Part shown: positions 1 through 12,079 of the stretch, piece by piece
Numbering within the stretch: position 1 is the stretch's first letter
Layout: each line of letters opens with the position of its first letter
Assembly (NCBI RefSeq): GCF_900114625.1
Contig: NZ_FOZL01000001.1
Location: forward strand, 2,236,272 to 2,268,271
Direction of reading: 5' to 3'
Source: Granulicella pectinivorans
Lineage (GTDB): Bacteria; Acidobacteriota; Terriglobia; Terriglobales; Acidobacteriaceae
Length of the DNA: 32,000 nucleotides
The notes under the pieces: model-generated
What the model saw: the letters and a program-made list of their open reading frames with translations, nothing else
What the model was told of the DNA's origin: nothing
The model's database searches: none
Translations under genes and position numbers: made by a program

Positions 1-1027
1 TCCTTGCATACTTTGAATTGTTCTGCGACGCGTTGAACACCGGCGAGCTCTGCAAGCCGCGTGCATCGATCGGATACACCGCCACCTGCGCTTTTGTCAG
101 CAGTCCGGTCGTCTCGCGAAACTCATCCCCCATATCTGCCATCGCCGCGAACGGATCCTGAAGATCGCCGTCCGGCAGGATCGACAGCGGGAACGAACCC
201 GAGAACCAGATCAGGTTCTTCCGGCCCTGGAACGCCGAGAGATAGCGCGCCAGCACGTTCATCGCGTCCATCGTATAGCGCACCCGAAGCTGCGTTTGGA
301 AGCTCTGCGTCTGAGCCTCGAACTGCTGCACATTCGCAATCGTGTCAGCCGACGCACCCATATCCGTCAGCGTATCCGACACCGCCGTTTCGCTTGACGA
401 GTCCAGCAGAGGCGACTGTCCCGGAAGGTTCTTCTTCGCTTCCAGCGCAGCCAGCAACACCTTCGGATCGCTCGTAAAACCCTGCAGGTACACCAGTTGC
501 CGGTTCAGCCCGAACACCGCCAGCCGCGTCCCCGGCTTCATCGTCTTGATGAACTGCACCAGCTGCTGGTGCAGAAATGCCTGCGAATCCACCGGCGTAT
601 TCAGTCTGTCGATCAGCAGCACATTGAGCGGCCCGCTCTCCGGCACTGCCGTCAGGTTGGTAAATACACCCGGCGGCAGAGGTCCTGTCGGAGCCGTCGG
701 CGGGGCGACCGTCGCCGGCGTATGCTCTTCAAGCGTCTTCACCGTCTGTGCCGTACCCGCCTCGCGCACCTGAAAGTCCGAGGCCTTCAACCCATGGATC
801 GCCTTGTGATTCTTATCCGTCACCACGACATCCAGAATCACAAGGTTCGACTGTGCCTTCAGCGTCGTCACCACACCCGTTCCCGGTGCGGGAGCCTGAG
901 CCACGGGGGCATTGGCCGTAGGCGCCGCCGGCAGCGCCGGAGCAGCGGGCGCTGCAGTCTGGGCCACAGTCGCAAACGGAAGAGCCAGGGTAAAACCAAA
1001 AAGCAGGGCAGGGAACGAACGTGTCAT
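1..1027 (-). CDS. Secreted VWA-domain protein of the Acidobacteria-type 'VWFA-related' family. Only the N-terminal ~342 codons are in the window; the 3' end lies left of it.
   Basis: Absent from the ORF track because its stop is off-window. My own minus-strand translation from ATG 1027 (GGAG 6 nt upstream) reads MTRSFPALLFGFTLALPFATVAQ (signal peptide) ...KAQSNLVILDVVVTDKNHKAIHGLKASDFQVREAG...PLNVLLIDRLNT...GTRLAVFGLN...GRKNLIWFSGSFPL...VAVYPIDARGL, with no stop down to position 1. The + strand ORFs listed at 61-1066 are Arg/Pro-rich antisense artefacts. Confidence 0.75.
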   Translation of the reverse strand, partial: MTRSFPALLFGFTLALPFATVAQTAAPAAPALPAAPTANAPVAQAPAPGTGVVTTLKAQSNLVILDVVVTDKNHKAIHGLKASDFQVREAGTAQTVKTLEEHTPATVAPPTAPTGPLPPGVFTNLTAVPESGPLNVLLIDRLNTPVDSQAFLHQQLVQFIKTMKPGTRLAVFGLNRQLVYLQGFTSDPKVLLAALEAKKNLPGQSPLLDSSSETAVSDTLTDMGASADTIANVQQFEAQTQSFQTQLRVRYTMDAMNVLARYLSAFQGRKNLIWFSGSFPLSILPDGDLQDPFAAMADMGDEFRETTGLLTKAQVAVYPIDARGLQSSPVFNASQNNSKYAR

Positions 1028-1265
1028 CGAATCTCCGGAGCTGGAACCAGCGTGACCCAAGTCTAGACCAACCCGTCACCCCAAGAAAGTCCGGTCGATA
1101 ACCCGCATAGAACCATGCGCTGCCGAACATTGCCCGGCCCTCGGTTGTCCGGAAACAAAACTCCAGGCAACGCGAGGGCCAGAAACGTCTGCGCAGGCAC
1201 CATCCGGAGAACAGTCAGGCACGGATCGCCCTGCGGGCAACGGTCCTCCCTCAGAACAAGCCTTT

Positions 1266-2342
1266 CTAGACCGTAACTGCCCTCAGCCGAGCCGGCTCAG
1301 GCATCTCGCCCATCGCCTTGATCGACTCCGAGAAAGGCGCCCGCAGCACGCCGCGCTCCGTGATAATTGCCGTAATGTACTTCGCCGGTGTCACATCGAA
1401 CGCGGGATTCTCGATCGCCACACCGTGCGGCGTCATCTGCTTCCCGTTCGAGTGCGTGACCTCGAGCGCCGACCTCTGCTCGATCGGAATCCCATCGCCC
1501 GTAGCGGTCGCCTGGTCGATCGTCGACCACGGCGCGGCCACATAAAACGGAATCCCATGCTCCTTCGCCAGGATCGAAACGCCATATGTGCCGATCTTGT
1601 TCGCCGTATCGCCATTGGCCGCAATGCGATCCGCGCCCACGATCACAGCCTGAATCCGTCCCTTGCCCATCAGGTGCGCGGCCATGTTGTCGCACAGCAC
1701 CGTCGTGGGAATGTTGTCTTTCATCAGCTCCCAGGCGGTCAGGCGAGCGCCCTGCAGAAACGGCCGCGTCTCATCGGCAAACACATCGATCTCGTGCCCA
1801 GCCTCGATGGCCGCGCGAATCACGCCCAGAGCCGATCCATACCCGCACGTCGCCAGCGCACCCGCGTTGCAATGCGTCAGCACGGTGCCCTTTTGCGGCA
1901 GCAGCTCCGCGCCGTTCTTACCCATCTGCTTGCACGCCGCGATATCCTCGTCGTACATCAGGCAGGCCTCGGCGACGACGGCGTCCTTGATCGCCGCAAT
2001 CGAGTCCCCCGCGGCCTTGCGCTGCTCATACAGATCCCGAATCTTCCCAATCCCCCAGAAGAGGTTGACGGCCGTAGGCCGAGTCCCCGCCAGATGTGAG
2101 CAGATCTCCGCGACCTCGACATCCAGTTGGTCGAACGAGGTCGCCCCGCTCCTCAAAATCCCGATCGCCACGCCCATCGCCGCCGAAACCCCAATCGCCG
2201 GAGCCCCCCGCACGATCATGTCGCGAATCACGGTTGCGACCTGGATGTAGTCGGTAGCCAGAACGTAGGTCTCTTCAAGCGGAAGCTTGGTCTGATCCAG
2301 GAAATTAACGCCGGTAGGAAGCCATTCAAGGGTAGGAATCAT
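1266..2342 (-). CDS. mtnA: S-methyl-5-thioribose-1-phosphate isomerase (eIF-2B alpha/beta/delta family)
   Basis: 358-aa ORF. The N-terminus ...[41 protein letters not shown] and the [18 protein letters not shown] motif are typical of MtnA. Confidence 0.9.
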   Translation of the reverse strand: MIPTLEWLPTGVNFLDQTKLPLEETYVLATDYIQVATVIRDMIVRGAPAIGVSAAMGVAIGILRSGATSFDQLDVEVAEICSHLAGTRPTAVNLFWGIGKIRDLYEQRKAAGDSIAAIKDAVVAEACLMYDEDIAACKQMGKNGAELLPQKGTVLTHCNAGALATCGYGSALGVIRAAIEAGHEIDVFADETRPFLQGARLTAWELMKDNIPTTVLCDNMAAHLMGKGRIQAVIVGADRIAANGDTANKIGTYGVSILAKEHGIPFYVAAPWSTIDQATATGDGIPIEQRSALEVTHSNGKQMTPHGVAIENPAFDVTPAKYITAIITERGVLRAPFSESIKAMGEMPEPARLRAVTV

Positions 2343-2491
2343 ATCCCTACCAGTTTACCGCGATAGAGTCATCCCGATGGGGTATCGAGCGAAGCCAGAT
2401 AGCCTTCCTCCACCAGGCAAAAGCATCCACGCGGAACGATCAGCGTCCAAAGCCCGTATCTAAGCCAACAGCCAAATCAAGAGACCCGACC

Positions 2492-2869
2492 ATGCTCACC
2501 CGCCCCGCCCTCCTCATCCGCCTCGAAGCCGCTGCCATCCTGGTCGTAACCCTCGTCGCCTATCACCATCTCCAGGCCAGCGCCGGATGGTTTCGCTTTG
2601 CCATACTCTTTCTCACCCCCGACCTCTTCATGCTTGGCTACCTCGCAAACCCCCGCTTCGGCTCCGCCCTCTACAACCTCGGCCACACGGTATGGGTTCC
2701 ACTCCTCCTCGCCCTCTACGCATGGAACGCCGAGCGCGAGGCCACACTCGCCGTCGCACTCATCTGGATCTCCCATATCGCCTTCGACCGCGTCCTCGGT
2801 TACGGCCTCAAATACCCCACGTACTTCAAGGACACCCACCTCCAACACCTCAATGAGCCGATTGGTTGA
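2492..2869 (+). CDS. DUF4260-family small membrane protein
   Basis: 125 aa and hydrophobic. The C-terminal ISHIAFDRVLGYGLKYPTYFKDTHL matches the DUF4260 signature as I remember it. Confidence 0.65.
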   Translation: MLTRPALLIRLEAAAILVVTLVAYHHLQASAGWFRFAILFLTPDLFMLGYLANPRFGSALYNLGHTVWVPLLLALYAWNAEREATLAVALIWISHIAFDRVLGYGLKYPTYFKDTHLQHLNEPIG

Positions 2870-2989
2870 CGCTCCCGAAGGGAATCTGCGCCTGACTGTC
2901 GCACTTGCCTCTTCTTCCGTCTTTCCGCCCGTTCCCCACAATCTTTTGCTCATCTTTCCAGCAAGCGCAATGCGACAATAGAAACGAGC

Positions 2990-3523
2990 ATGCGCCGCCT
3001 CCTCACACCCCTAGTCCTGATCTCGGCCCTCCTTCTCCCGCTCTCCGGCTGCGGCTACCACCGCGCAGGTTCCGCGACCCACCTTCCCGCCAACGTCCGC
3101 ACCCTCGACGTCCCCATCTTCACCACTCACTCGCAGGCCTATCGCACCGAGATGACCTTCACCCAGGCCGTCATCCGCGAGCTCGATACCCGCACCAAAT
3201 ACCGCATCCTCACCACGTCCAAGGACAACGACGCCGACGCCACCCTCACCGGCTCGATCCTGTCGCAGACCGTGACCCCGTTGACCTACGACGCCACCTC
3301 CGGCCAGACCTCCAGCTACCTCGTCACCATTACCGCCCGCGTCATCCTCACCGCCCGCGACGGCACCATCCTGTATCGCAACGAAGCCCTCACCTACCGC
3401 GAGCAGTACCAGTCCACGCAGGACCTCACGCTCTTCGTGCAGGAAGACTCCGCCGCCGTTCGCCGCCTCGCCCGTGACTTCGCCCAGGCCCTCGTCGGCG
3501 ACATGCTGGAGTCGTTCCAATGA
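2990..3523 (+). CDS. lptE: LPS-assembly lipoprotein LptE-like
   Basis: 177 aa with a lipobox (LLPLSGC). It sits directly upstream of holA and overlaps it (ATGA at 3520-3523), which is the conserved lptE-holA arrangement. Confidence 0.6.
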   Translation: MRRLLTPLVLISALLLPLSGCGYHRAGSATHLPANVRTLDVPIFTTHSQAYRTEMTFTQAVIRELDTRTKYRILTTSKDNDADATLTGSILSQTVTPLTYDATSGQTSSYLVTITARVILTARDGTILYRNEALTYREQYQSTQDLTLFVQEDSAAVRRLARDFAQALVGDMLESFQ

Positions 3524-4701
3524 CCTCGCCTGTAGCGGCAAAGGCCGCCCCCATCAAATCCTTCGCAGCCAGCGACCGCTTCCTCGCCGAGATCGTCACC
3601 TCCGCCCTGCGCCCGGGCTACGTCCTCCTCGGCGACGAGGCCTTCCTCTACCAGCGTTGCCGCGCCGGTGTCCTCGTCGCGCTCGCCCCGCCCGAATCCC
3701 GCGACTTCTCCCTCCACGACCTCGACCTCGCCGAAACCACCATCTTCGACGCCCTCGACCTCGCCCGCACTCCGTCCCTGATGGCCCCCTTCCAGGTCAT
3801 CTTCGTCCGTGGCATCAAGGCCCTCTACGGACGCGGCTCGAAGAAGGAAGAGTTCGCCGCCATCGACAGCTACTTCCGCTCGCCCAACCCGCAGGCCGTC
3901 GTCATCTTCGTGGCCGACCACCTCCGCCTCCCCACCGACCTCCGCAAGATGGACATGACGGACAAGGAGCGCTACGAGAAGATCCGCGAGACCCTCGGCG
4001 ACTGGTGCGGCCTCGTCGAACTGGCCCGCGTAGACGGCCCCGATGCGGTCAAATGGCTGGCCCAGGCTGCCGAGCAGCGCAACATCCAGTTCGACCCCGA
4101 CGCCGCCCGCGAGCTTGTCGACGCACTCGGAGCCGACATGATGATGGTTGCCAGCGAGTTCGAAAAGCTCGCCCTCTACGTCACCGCCCCCCAAATCGAA
4201 TCCGGTGGCACACCGCGCATTACCCTGGGCAACGTGGAAACCATGGTCCTCGCCGCCAAGCAGCGCAGCCTCTACGAGCTCACCGACGCGATCAGCGCCA
4301 AAGACCGCCCGAAGGCCCTGCTTCTCCTCCACGGCCTCTTGAACGCGAGCGACGGAGGCGAAGACTCCTCCATCGGCCACCTCTACATGCTCGCCCGCAC
4401 CTTCCGCCAGATGCTCATCATCCACGAGAAGAACGTGCGCGACTCCCGCGCGATCTGGTCGGTCCTCTGGCAGGGCTTCCGCATGCCGCCCTTCGCCGCC
4501 GAAGACCTCATCCGCCAGGCCCGCCGCTACAAGTCCCGCTCTGCCCTCACCCGTGCGTTGCGCCTCGTCGCGAAGGCCGACCTTGAGCTGCGCTCTTCCC
4601 CGGCGAATAAGCTCCTGGTCCTCGAGCGCCTCATCCTGGCCCTCGCCAGCGACCCACCCCGCACCTACGAGAACACGCACCAGTTCGCCATGGAGCTCTA
4701 A
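3520..4701 (+). CDS. holA: DNA polymerase III delta subunit
   Basis: 393 aa. The position after lptE and the overall delta-subunit layout (N-terminal ...YLLLGDEAFL...) support the call. The 504-aa antisense ORF at 3394-4908 is rejected. Confidence 0.75.
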   Translation: MTSPVAAKAAPIKSFAASDRFLAEIVTSALRPGYVLLGDEAFLYQRCRAGVLVALAPPESRDFSLHDLDLAETTIFDALDLARTPSLMAPFQVIFVRGIKALYGRGSKKEEFAAIDSYFRSPNPQAVVIFVADHLRLPTDLRKMDMTDKERYEKIRETLGDWCGLVELARVDGPDAVKWLAQAAEQRNIQFDPDAARELVDALGADMMMVASEFEKLALYVTAPQIESGGTPRITLGNVETMVLAAKQRSLYELTDAISAKDRPKALLLLHGLLNASDGGEDSSIGHLYMLARTFRQMLIIHEKNVRDSRAIWSVLWQGFRMPPFAAEDLIRQARRYKSRSALTRALRLVAKADLELRSSPANKLLVLERLILALASDPPRTYENTHQFAMEL

Positions 4702-4906
4702 GAAACTTCTCTCAACAAAGTCTTCTTCGTTGCCTGTTCTGTCCGTTCTGTGCATTTTTCCGCAGAGGATCTGCTGTCCGTTCGCTCTTCCGGCCCTCCG
4801 TCGCCCAGCGCACATAATCCGTCCGGGGGACAGGGCAGCCCTGTCATCCTGCATCCAATGGACTGGAACGTTCGCACGCAAACCAGAATATCCAGGGCCA
4901 AAACTC

Positions 4907-5755
4907 ATGTATCACCACGTCAAAAAACTCATGTACACCGTTAATATCGGTGAGCCGAACGTCCGCTTTGGCAACATGCTCCTCGAGCAGTTCGGCGGAG
5001 CCAACGGCGAACTCGCCGCCGCCATGCAATACACCATCCAGGGATGGAACTGCGTCGACGATCTCGCCCGCCGCGATCTCCTCCTCGACATCGGCACCGA
5101 AGAGCTCTCTCACCTCGAAGTCGTCGGCGCCCTCATCCGCATGCACCTCGCCCCCCTCAAGACCAACCGCGAAGCCGCCGAGGCCGACCCGCTCGTCACC
5201 ATCGCCGGCGGCGGTGGCGTCGCCCTTTTCGACTCCATGGGCAACGCCTGGACCGCCGATTACCTCAAGATCACCGGCGAACTCGACGTCGACCTCCGCT
5301 CCAACATCGCCGCTGAGGCCCGCGCCAAGATCGTCTACGAGCGCCTCATCGACCACACCGACGACCCCGGCTCCATTGACACCCTGCAGTTCCTGATGAC
5401 TCGTGAGATTACCCACATGAAGGCCTTCTCCGCAGCCCTCGAGTCCCTCGAAAAGAACCCCTTCTCCATCGGTCGACTCAAGCCCACACCCGGTATTGTC
5501 GACGAGTACTTCAACGCCTCCACCGGCGACGGCAACGAGCGGGATCACGATATGCGCGGTCCCTGGACCTCGTCCTTTGGTCTCCACCCCGTCGACTCCG
5601 AGATGGCAGGCGGTAAGGGCCTCTCCGTAGGCGACATCAACGGAGCCATCCCAGGCGAAGATCGCGGTAAGCAGGATTCCGCCCAGAAGGCCCGCACCTC
5701 GGTAGCCGAGAAGTCCATCGGCAAAACCAAGGCCCCTGTCGCAAAAAAGAAGTAG
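4907..5755 (+). CDS. Manganese (non-haem) catalase
   Basis: The in-frame ATG at 4907 gives MYHHVKKLMYTVNIGEPNVRFGNMLLEQFGGANGELAAAMQYTIQGWN...EELSHLEVVGALI, a Mn-catalase/CotJC-type N-terminus. The upstream part of ORF 4553-5755 looks non-coding. Confidence 0.85.
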   Translation: MYHHVKKLMYTVNIGEPNVRFGNMLLEQFGGANGELAAAMQYTIQGWNCVDDLARRDLLLDIGTEELSHLEVVGALIRMHLAPLKTNREAAEADPLVTIAGGGGVALFDSMGNAWTADYLKITGELDVDLRSNIAAEARAKIVYERLIDHTDDPGSIDTLQFLMTREITHMKAFSAALESLEKNPFSIGRLKPTPGIVDEYFNASTGDGNERDHDMRGPWTSSFGLHPVDSEMAGGKGLSVGDINGAIPGEDRGKQDSAQKARTSVAEKSIGKTKAPVAKKK

Positions 5756-5774
5756 GCATGCGCATCGGAAAACA

Positions 5775-5800
5775 AAGAGGCGGCCGGAAGGCCGCCTCTT
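5775..5800. terminator. Bidirectional rho-independent terminator between the convergent catalase and ftsH genes
   Basis: AAGAGGCGGCC-GGAA-GGCCGCCTCTT is an 11-bp perfect stem. It is followed by a T-rich tract on both strands (TTATTTTCTTT on +, TTTGTTTTCC on -). Confidence 0.75.
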
Positions 5801-5825
5801 TATTTTCTTTCCATATCGATCTGAA

Positions 5826-7742
<1,917 letters not shown>

Positions 7743-7996
7743 GGGTATTTCCTCAGTTTAATCCGGTCGAAACGACCCGGCCATGCGTGTGCGTGGTGCG
7801 TTGCCGGGAGTTCAGCCCAGGCCCTTCCCGGCACCATGGACCCAGCTTCTTAGACGAGCAATCCGTTCGAAGGTCCCACCGGCCGGAAACACCGTGCCGT
7901 TGGGAGCGAAGGCTCCCGCTAAGTGATTAGATTCTACTCTCAAGACTGGGGATTCAGGGCTTTACGATGCGATTTGTTGACCGCACGATGCACGCT

Positions 7997-9058
7997 TCAA
8001 GTTACTTTTGGGGCAGTCCTGCCCCCACTCCCCGAAAACCGCAGCTCCCGCACGCTCCGCTCCGCGCGCAAACCCTGTGAAAGCGCCAGCACCGTCCCCG
8101 GCTTCGACGCCACCGTCGCATCCACCCGAAATCCACACAACGCCAGCAGCCGGTCCGTCTCATCGAACGAGAGCCGAGCTCCGGCCTGCCGCGCGGCCGC
8201 CCTTAAAACCCTGCGCCGCGTCGCCCCATCCATCGTCTTCAACCGCTCCACCTCGATCGCCACCCCGGCCTCACCCGGAGCCGTCCCCACGGCCCGCCCG
8301 CCCCCGCGCACCGGCTTCCCTGGCAACAAGACCTGCGGCAACAAACGTCCCAGGTCCGCGGTCCACTTCGCCTCTTCCTCGCGAGCCAGCTCCGCCAGAT
8401 TCGCCAGCGTCCGGTCCAGCGAAGGATTCTCCTCCCGCAGCATCGGAAGCACATGATGCCGCAGCCGGTTCCGCGTATACGCCGGGTCCACGTTGCTCGC
8501 ATCCTCGCGCCAATCCTGCCCCGTCTTCCCCAGCCACGCCTCGACCATCGCCCGCGTTGTCCCCAGCAGGGGCCGCACGATCTTCCCCTTCGCCAGCGAC
8601 ACCACCGGATGCACTCCGCTCAGCCCCTCGGTCCACGCTCCACGCAGCAGTTTCATCAGCACCGTCTCGGCTTGGTCGTCCAGCGTGTGCGCGGTGCAAA
8701 TCACATCCGCCTTGCCGTCGCTCAAATACGCGGAAAACACCCCATACCGCAGCGTCCGGGCCCCTTCTTCGACGGTCTCCCCCGTCCGCGCCACATGTCC
8801 CGGCGTATCCACCGGGGACACCTCCAGAGGAACCCCAAGCCGCTCACACAGCGCCTGAACAAACGCCGCATCCTCCGCGGCCTCGGCCCTCAGCCCATGA
8901 TTCACATGCACCGCCGCCAGCCCGATGCCAAGCGCATTCCGGGGCAGGGAATTGGCCGCATGCAGCCCCGTCAACAGAGCCACGGAGTCCGCCCCGCCCG
9001 AAACCGCCACACAAACCCTCGTCCCCGGAACCAGATACGTACGATCGAAAACCAACAT
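7997..9058 (-). CDS. tilS: tRNA(Ile)-lysidine synthetase
   Basis: 353 aa with the PP-loop VAVSGGADSVAL near the N-terminus. It lies upstream of ftsH, a conserved neighbourhood. Confidence 0.85.
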   Translation of the reverse strand: MLVFDRTYLVPGTRVCVAVSGGADSVALLTGLHAANSLPRNALGIGLAAVHVNHGLRAEAAEDAAFVQALCERLGVPLEVSPVDTPGHVARTGETVEEGARTLRYGVFSAYLSDGKADVICTAHTLDDQAETVLMKLLRGAWTEGLSGVHPVVSLAKGKIVRPLLGTTRAMVEAWLGKTGQDWREDASNVDPAYTRNRLRHHVLPMLREENPSLDRTLANLAELAREEEAKWTADLGRLLPQVLLPGKPVRGGGRAVGTAPGEAGVAIEVERLKTMDGATRRRVLRAAARQAGARLSFDETDRLLALCGFRVDATVASKPGTVLALSQGLRAERSVRELRFSGSGGRTAPKVT

Positions 9059-9115
9059 GACCTCATCTTAGAACCCGGTCCTGCTGCACGGGGCCGCTGC
9101 CCACGCATCGCGCTC

Positions 9116-10258
9116 TTAGACCCCACCGCTCAAATGCGATCGAAGCTCCTCCGGATGATGGCAATGCGCCATCGCCATCTCCCGTGAGATCCGCCCCGCC
9201 AGCACCATCTCCGCAAGAGACTGGTCCATCGTCACCATCCCCTCGCGGCTCCCCGTCGAGAGCTGCGAGCGAATCTGGTGATCCTGCCCCGTCCGGATCA
9301 GATTCCGGATCGCGTGCGTCGCGACCATCACCTCCACCGCCGGATACACCCCCGTCTTGCCCGCCGCCGGAACCAGTTGCTGCGCTACCACCGCCAGCAG
9401 CGCCAGGGAAAGCTGCTGCCGGATCTGCGACTGACTGTTGCCGGAGAAGCTGTCCAGCAAGCGCGACATGGTCTGCGCCGCATCGTTGGTATGCAGCGAC
9501 GACAAGACCAGATGGCCTGTCTCCGCTGCCGTCAAAGCCGCCGCCATCGTCTCCGTGTCCCTCATCTCGCCAATCAGGATCAGATCCGGATTCTGTCGCA
9601 GCACCGCCCGCACCGCCTGTCCGAAGCTGGGCGTATCCCGCCCCACCTCAATCTGCTCCACAATGGAATTCTTGTTTCCATGCTGGTACTCGATCGGGTC
9701 TTCGATCGTAAGGATGTGGTCCCGCCGCCGCGTGTTCACCCGGTCGACCATCGCTGCCATCGTCGAAGTCTTGCCGCTGCCTGTAGGTCCCGTCACCAGA
9801 ATGAGCCCCTGCTTGCGCTCCATCAGGCGCGCCAGCACCGGGGGCAGATGCAGCGATTCCAGCGTCGGCACCTGCATCGAAAGCAGACGAATGCTCGCCG
9901 CCAGGGTTCCCCGCTGATAGTGCAGATTCGAGCGAAACCTCCCAGTCGTCCCCTGCACAAAGCAGAAGTCCACCGACCTGTCCCGCTCCAACTCTTGCGC
10001 CTGAGCCGCCGAGAGCAGAGGGAGAAGCATCCCCCGCAGTTCCTCCGTGGCAAGCGCCTTGTCGGAGGCCACCGTGAGCGACCCATCGATCCGCAACGTC
10101 ACTGGCGATCCCGCCACCAGCAGAATGTCCGTGGCGCGCCGCTCGGCCGCAAGCTTCAGCAGCGCCGTCAGCGAGCCACTCCGCTCCTTCTTCGCCTTCG
10201 GCTGCACCGCATTCAGCTCATACACCAACTGCGACAGATCGTTCTCATACCCCGCCAT
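9116..10258 (-). CDS. pilT: Type IV pilus retraction (twitching motility) ATPase, PilT family
   Basis: 380 aa with Walker A LVTGPTGSGKTST, ILIGEMRD, and the LVLSSLHTNDA His-box typical of PilT/PilU. Confidence 0.85.
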   Translation of the reverse strand: MAGYENDLSQLVYELNAVQPKAKKERSGSLTALLKLAAERRATDILLVAGSPVTLRIDGSLTVASDKALATEELRGMLLPLLSAAQAQELERDRSVDFCFVQGTTGRFRSNLHYQRGTLAASIRLLSMQVPTLESLHLPPVLARLMERKQGLILVTGPTGSGKTSTMAAMVDRVNTRRRDHILTIEDPIEYQHGNKNSIVEQIEVGRDTPSFGQAVRAVLRQNPDLILIGEMRDTETMAAALTAAETGHLVLSSLHTNDAAQTMSRLLDSFSGNSQSQIRQQLSLALLAVVAQQLVPAAGKTGVYPAVEVMVATHAIRNLIRTGQDHQIRSQLSTGSREGMVTMDQSLAEMVLAGRISREMAMAHCHHPEELRSHLSGGV

Positions 10259-10368
10259 CCAACTGTCCTCATTTCATCCGATGCTCCATGCCACGACTAG
10301 ACTCTCCCTGGCCAAAGAAGGTTACCTGTCCACGCCGCGGGCTCACATCTTGGTATACTTCGACCCTG

Positions 10369-11085
10369 ATGCGAGTCTTTTGTATTCTTCCAGCAGCGGG
10401 TATCGGCACGCGCATGGCGGCGGGTTCGCCTGCGCCTCTCGCGCCCAAGCAGTTCCTCACCATCGCCGGAACCCCCATCCTCGTCCACTCCCTTCGCGCC
10501 TTCGCCGCCGTGCCCCGCATCGAGAAGATCTACGTCGCGGTCCGCCAGCAGGAGATGGAGCGCGTAGCCGCCCAGGTTGCCGAATTCGGCCTCACCGGCA
10601 AGGTCGTCGTCGTCGAAGGCGGAGACCATCGACAGGACTCCGTCTCGCGCGCCCTCCACGCCCTGGATTGTGCCGACGACGACATCGTCCTCGTTCACGA
10701 CGCCGTCCGGCCCCTCATCGATCCCGCCACCATCGAGCGCACCATCGACGCCGTCCTCAAGCACGGAGCCGCCATCGTCGGTGTCGCCGCCGTCGACACC
10801 ATCAAGCAGGTTGAGCGCACCGCCGACGGAGCCATCATCACCTCCACCATCCCACGCGAGCGCGTCGTCCAGGCCCAGACCCCCCAGGGAGCCACCTGCG
10901 GAGCCATGAAGCGTGCCTTCGCCGAAGCCGAAGCCGACGAGTTCGCCGGCACCGACGAAGCCTCGCTTCTCGAACGCGCCGGCGTCCAGGTCGCCGTCGT
11001 CCCCGGATCCCCCCGCAACTTCAAGGTCACCCAGCCCGGCGACCTCGAACTCGCCGAGTTCTACCTAGCAGCAGGTGCCAAATGA
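10369..11085 (+). CDS. ispD: 2-C-methyl-D-erythritol 4-phosphate cytidylyltransferase
   Basis: The internal ATG at 10369 gives MRVFCILPAAGIGTRM...PKQFL..., the IspD P-loop-like motif. The 27 codons upstream in ORF 10288 look non-coding. The stop overlaps the ispF start (ATGA at 11082-11085). Confidence 0.85.
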   Translation: MRVFCILPAAGIGTRMAAGSPAPLAPKQFLTIAGTPILVHSLRAFAAVPRIEKIYVAVRQQEMERVAAQVAEFGLTGKVVVVEGGDHRQDSVSRALHALDCADDDIVLVHDAVRPLIDPATIERTIDAVLKHGAAIVGVAAVDTIKQVERTADGAIITSTIPRERVVQAQTPQGATCGAMKRAFAEAEADEFAGTDEASLLERAGVQVAVVPGSPRNFKVTQPGDLELAEFYLAAGAK

Positions 11086-11699
11086 GCCTTCGTATCGGTT
11101 ATGGCTTCGACTCCCACGCCTTCAAGCCCGGCGTTCCGCTCGTCATCGGCGGCCTCAAGATCGACCATCCCGAAGGTCTCGCCGGACACTCCGACGGCGA
11201 CGTCCTCCTCCACGCCATCACCGACGCCCTCCTCGGAGCCGTCTCCGCCGGCGACATCGGCAGCTTCTTCCCGCCCTCCGACCAGCGCTGGAAGAACGCC
11301 GATTCCAGCATCTTCCTCGCAACAGCCCTGGAGGAGATCGCCGTAGCCGGCTACAAGATCGTCAACATCGATACGGTTCTCGTCCTCGCCAAACCCAAAA
11401 TCGTTCCCATCTCCGGTGAACTCCGCGAGCGCGTCGCCGAACTCCTCGGCGTCAAACCCGGCGAAGTCGGCATCAAGGCCAAGACCCCCGAAGGTCTCAA
11501 CCAGGACCACGTAGCCGTCGCTCACTGCACGGTCCTGCTCGAAAGCGTCGCAGCTCCCGAAGGCCTCGCCCGCATGGCCGCCACCGCCGAGACCGAAGAC
11601 GAGCTCAACGCGGTCGTCAAAGGCCTCGTCGACGAGCCCCGCAGCGTCTCCGCCCTCGGCCGCAAGCTCCCCACCTTCGACACCAATGACCTCACCTGA
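11082..11699 (+). CDS. ispF: 2-C-methyl-D-erythritol 2,4-cyclodiphosphate synthase, with a ~45-aa C-terminal extension
   Basis: RIGYGFDSHAF...GHSDGDVLLHAITDALLGA is the IspF signature. At 205 aa it is longer than the usual ~160 aa. Confidence 0.9.
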   Translation: MSLRIGYGFDSHAFKPGVPLVIGGLKIDHPEGLAGHSDGDVLLHAITDALLGAVSAGDIGSFFPPSDQRWKNADSSIFLATALEEIAVAGYKIVNIDTVLVLAKPKIVPISGELRERVAELLGVKPGEVGIKAKTPEGLNQDHVAVAHCTVLLESVAAPEGLARMAATAETEDELNAVVKGLVDEPRSVSALGRKLPTFDTNDLT

Positions 11700-11717
11700 A
11701 GCAAAATCTGTTCGGCA

Positions 11718-11752
11718 AAAGGCCCACACCTCGATCCGGGGTGTGGGCCTTT
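11718..11752 (+). terminator. Rho-independent terminator after ispF
   Basis: AAAGGCCCACACC ... GGTGTGGGCCTTT. The stem core is 11721-11730 / 11740-11749 and is followed by TTTCCTTT. Confidence 0.65.
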
Positions 11753-12079
11753 TCCTTTGCCATGGAAGTCCTTCGCTGTCGGGAGAGGAGTGGAGCTTCA
11801 GCGCTTGCCGGAGCCCGGTGCGTCTCCCAGGTTGCGCGATAATCGAAACGAAAACAGACCACTTTCTCGGACCGGAAAATGGCCGCGTTTTCCATGCTTT
11901 TTACCACGTTTTACCAGCCCAAACAGCATCGCAAAGGTTCTGGTGAAACATGGGAAAAATCACTTGCACCGCTCGTAACCTCATTGAATCACCATAGATA
12001 CAGACACCCACGAAGAACCCGGAAAACAGACCAATTTGCAGGGTCTATCTCCCGGGTGGTCCGTCCAATCGCCCTGGGT

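Noticed and set aside
61-1130. ORF-track entries 61-477, 342-773 and 497-1066 (+), and 813-1130 (-)
   Set aside because: Their translations are Arg/Pro/Ser-rich and of low complexity. They lie antisense to, or out of frame with, a clearly protein-like minus-strand frame (the VWA protein) that is open from 1027 to the window edge.
3394-4908. 504-aa minus-strand ORF opposite lptE/holA
   Set aside because: It is a typical high-G+C antisense ORF (Gly/Ala/Glu/Val/Arg-rich, no motifs), while the + strand encodes a recognisable, translationally coupled lptE-holA pair.
8008-10300. Long + strand ORFs (8008-9060, 8453-9187, 9278-10300) opposite tilS and pilT
   Set aside because: Their translations are dominated by Pro/Arg/Ser/His. 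The minus-strand frames carry PP-loop and Walker A/His-box motifs.
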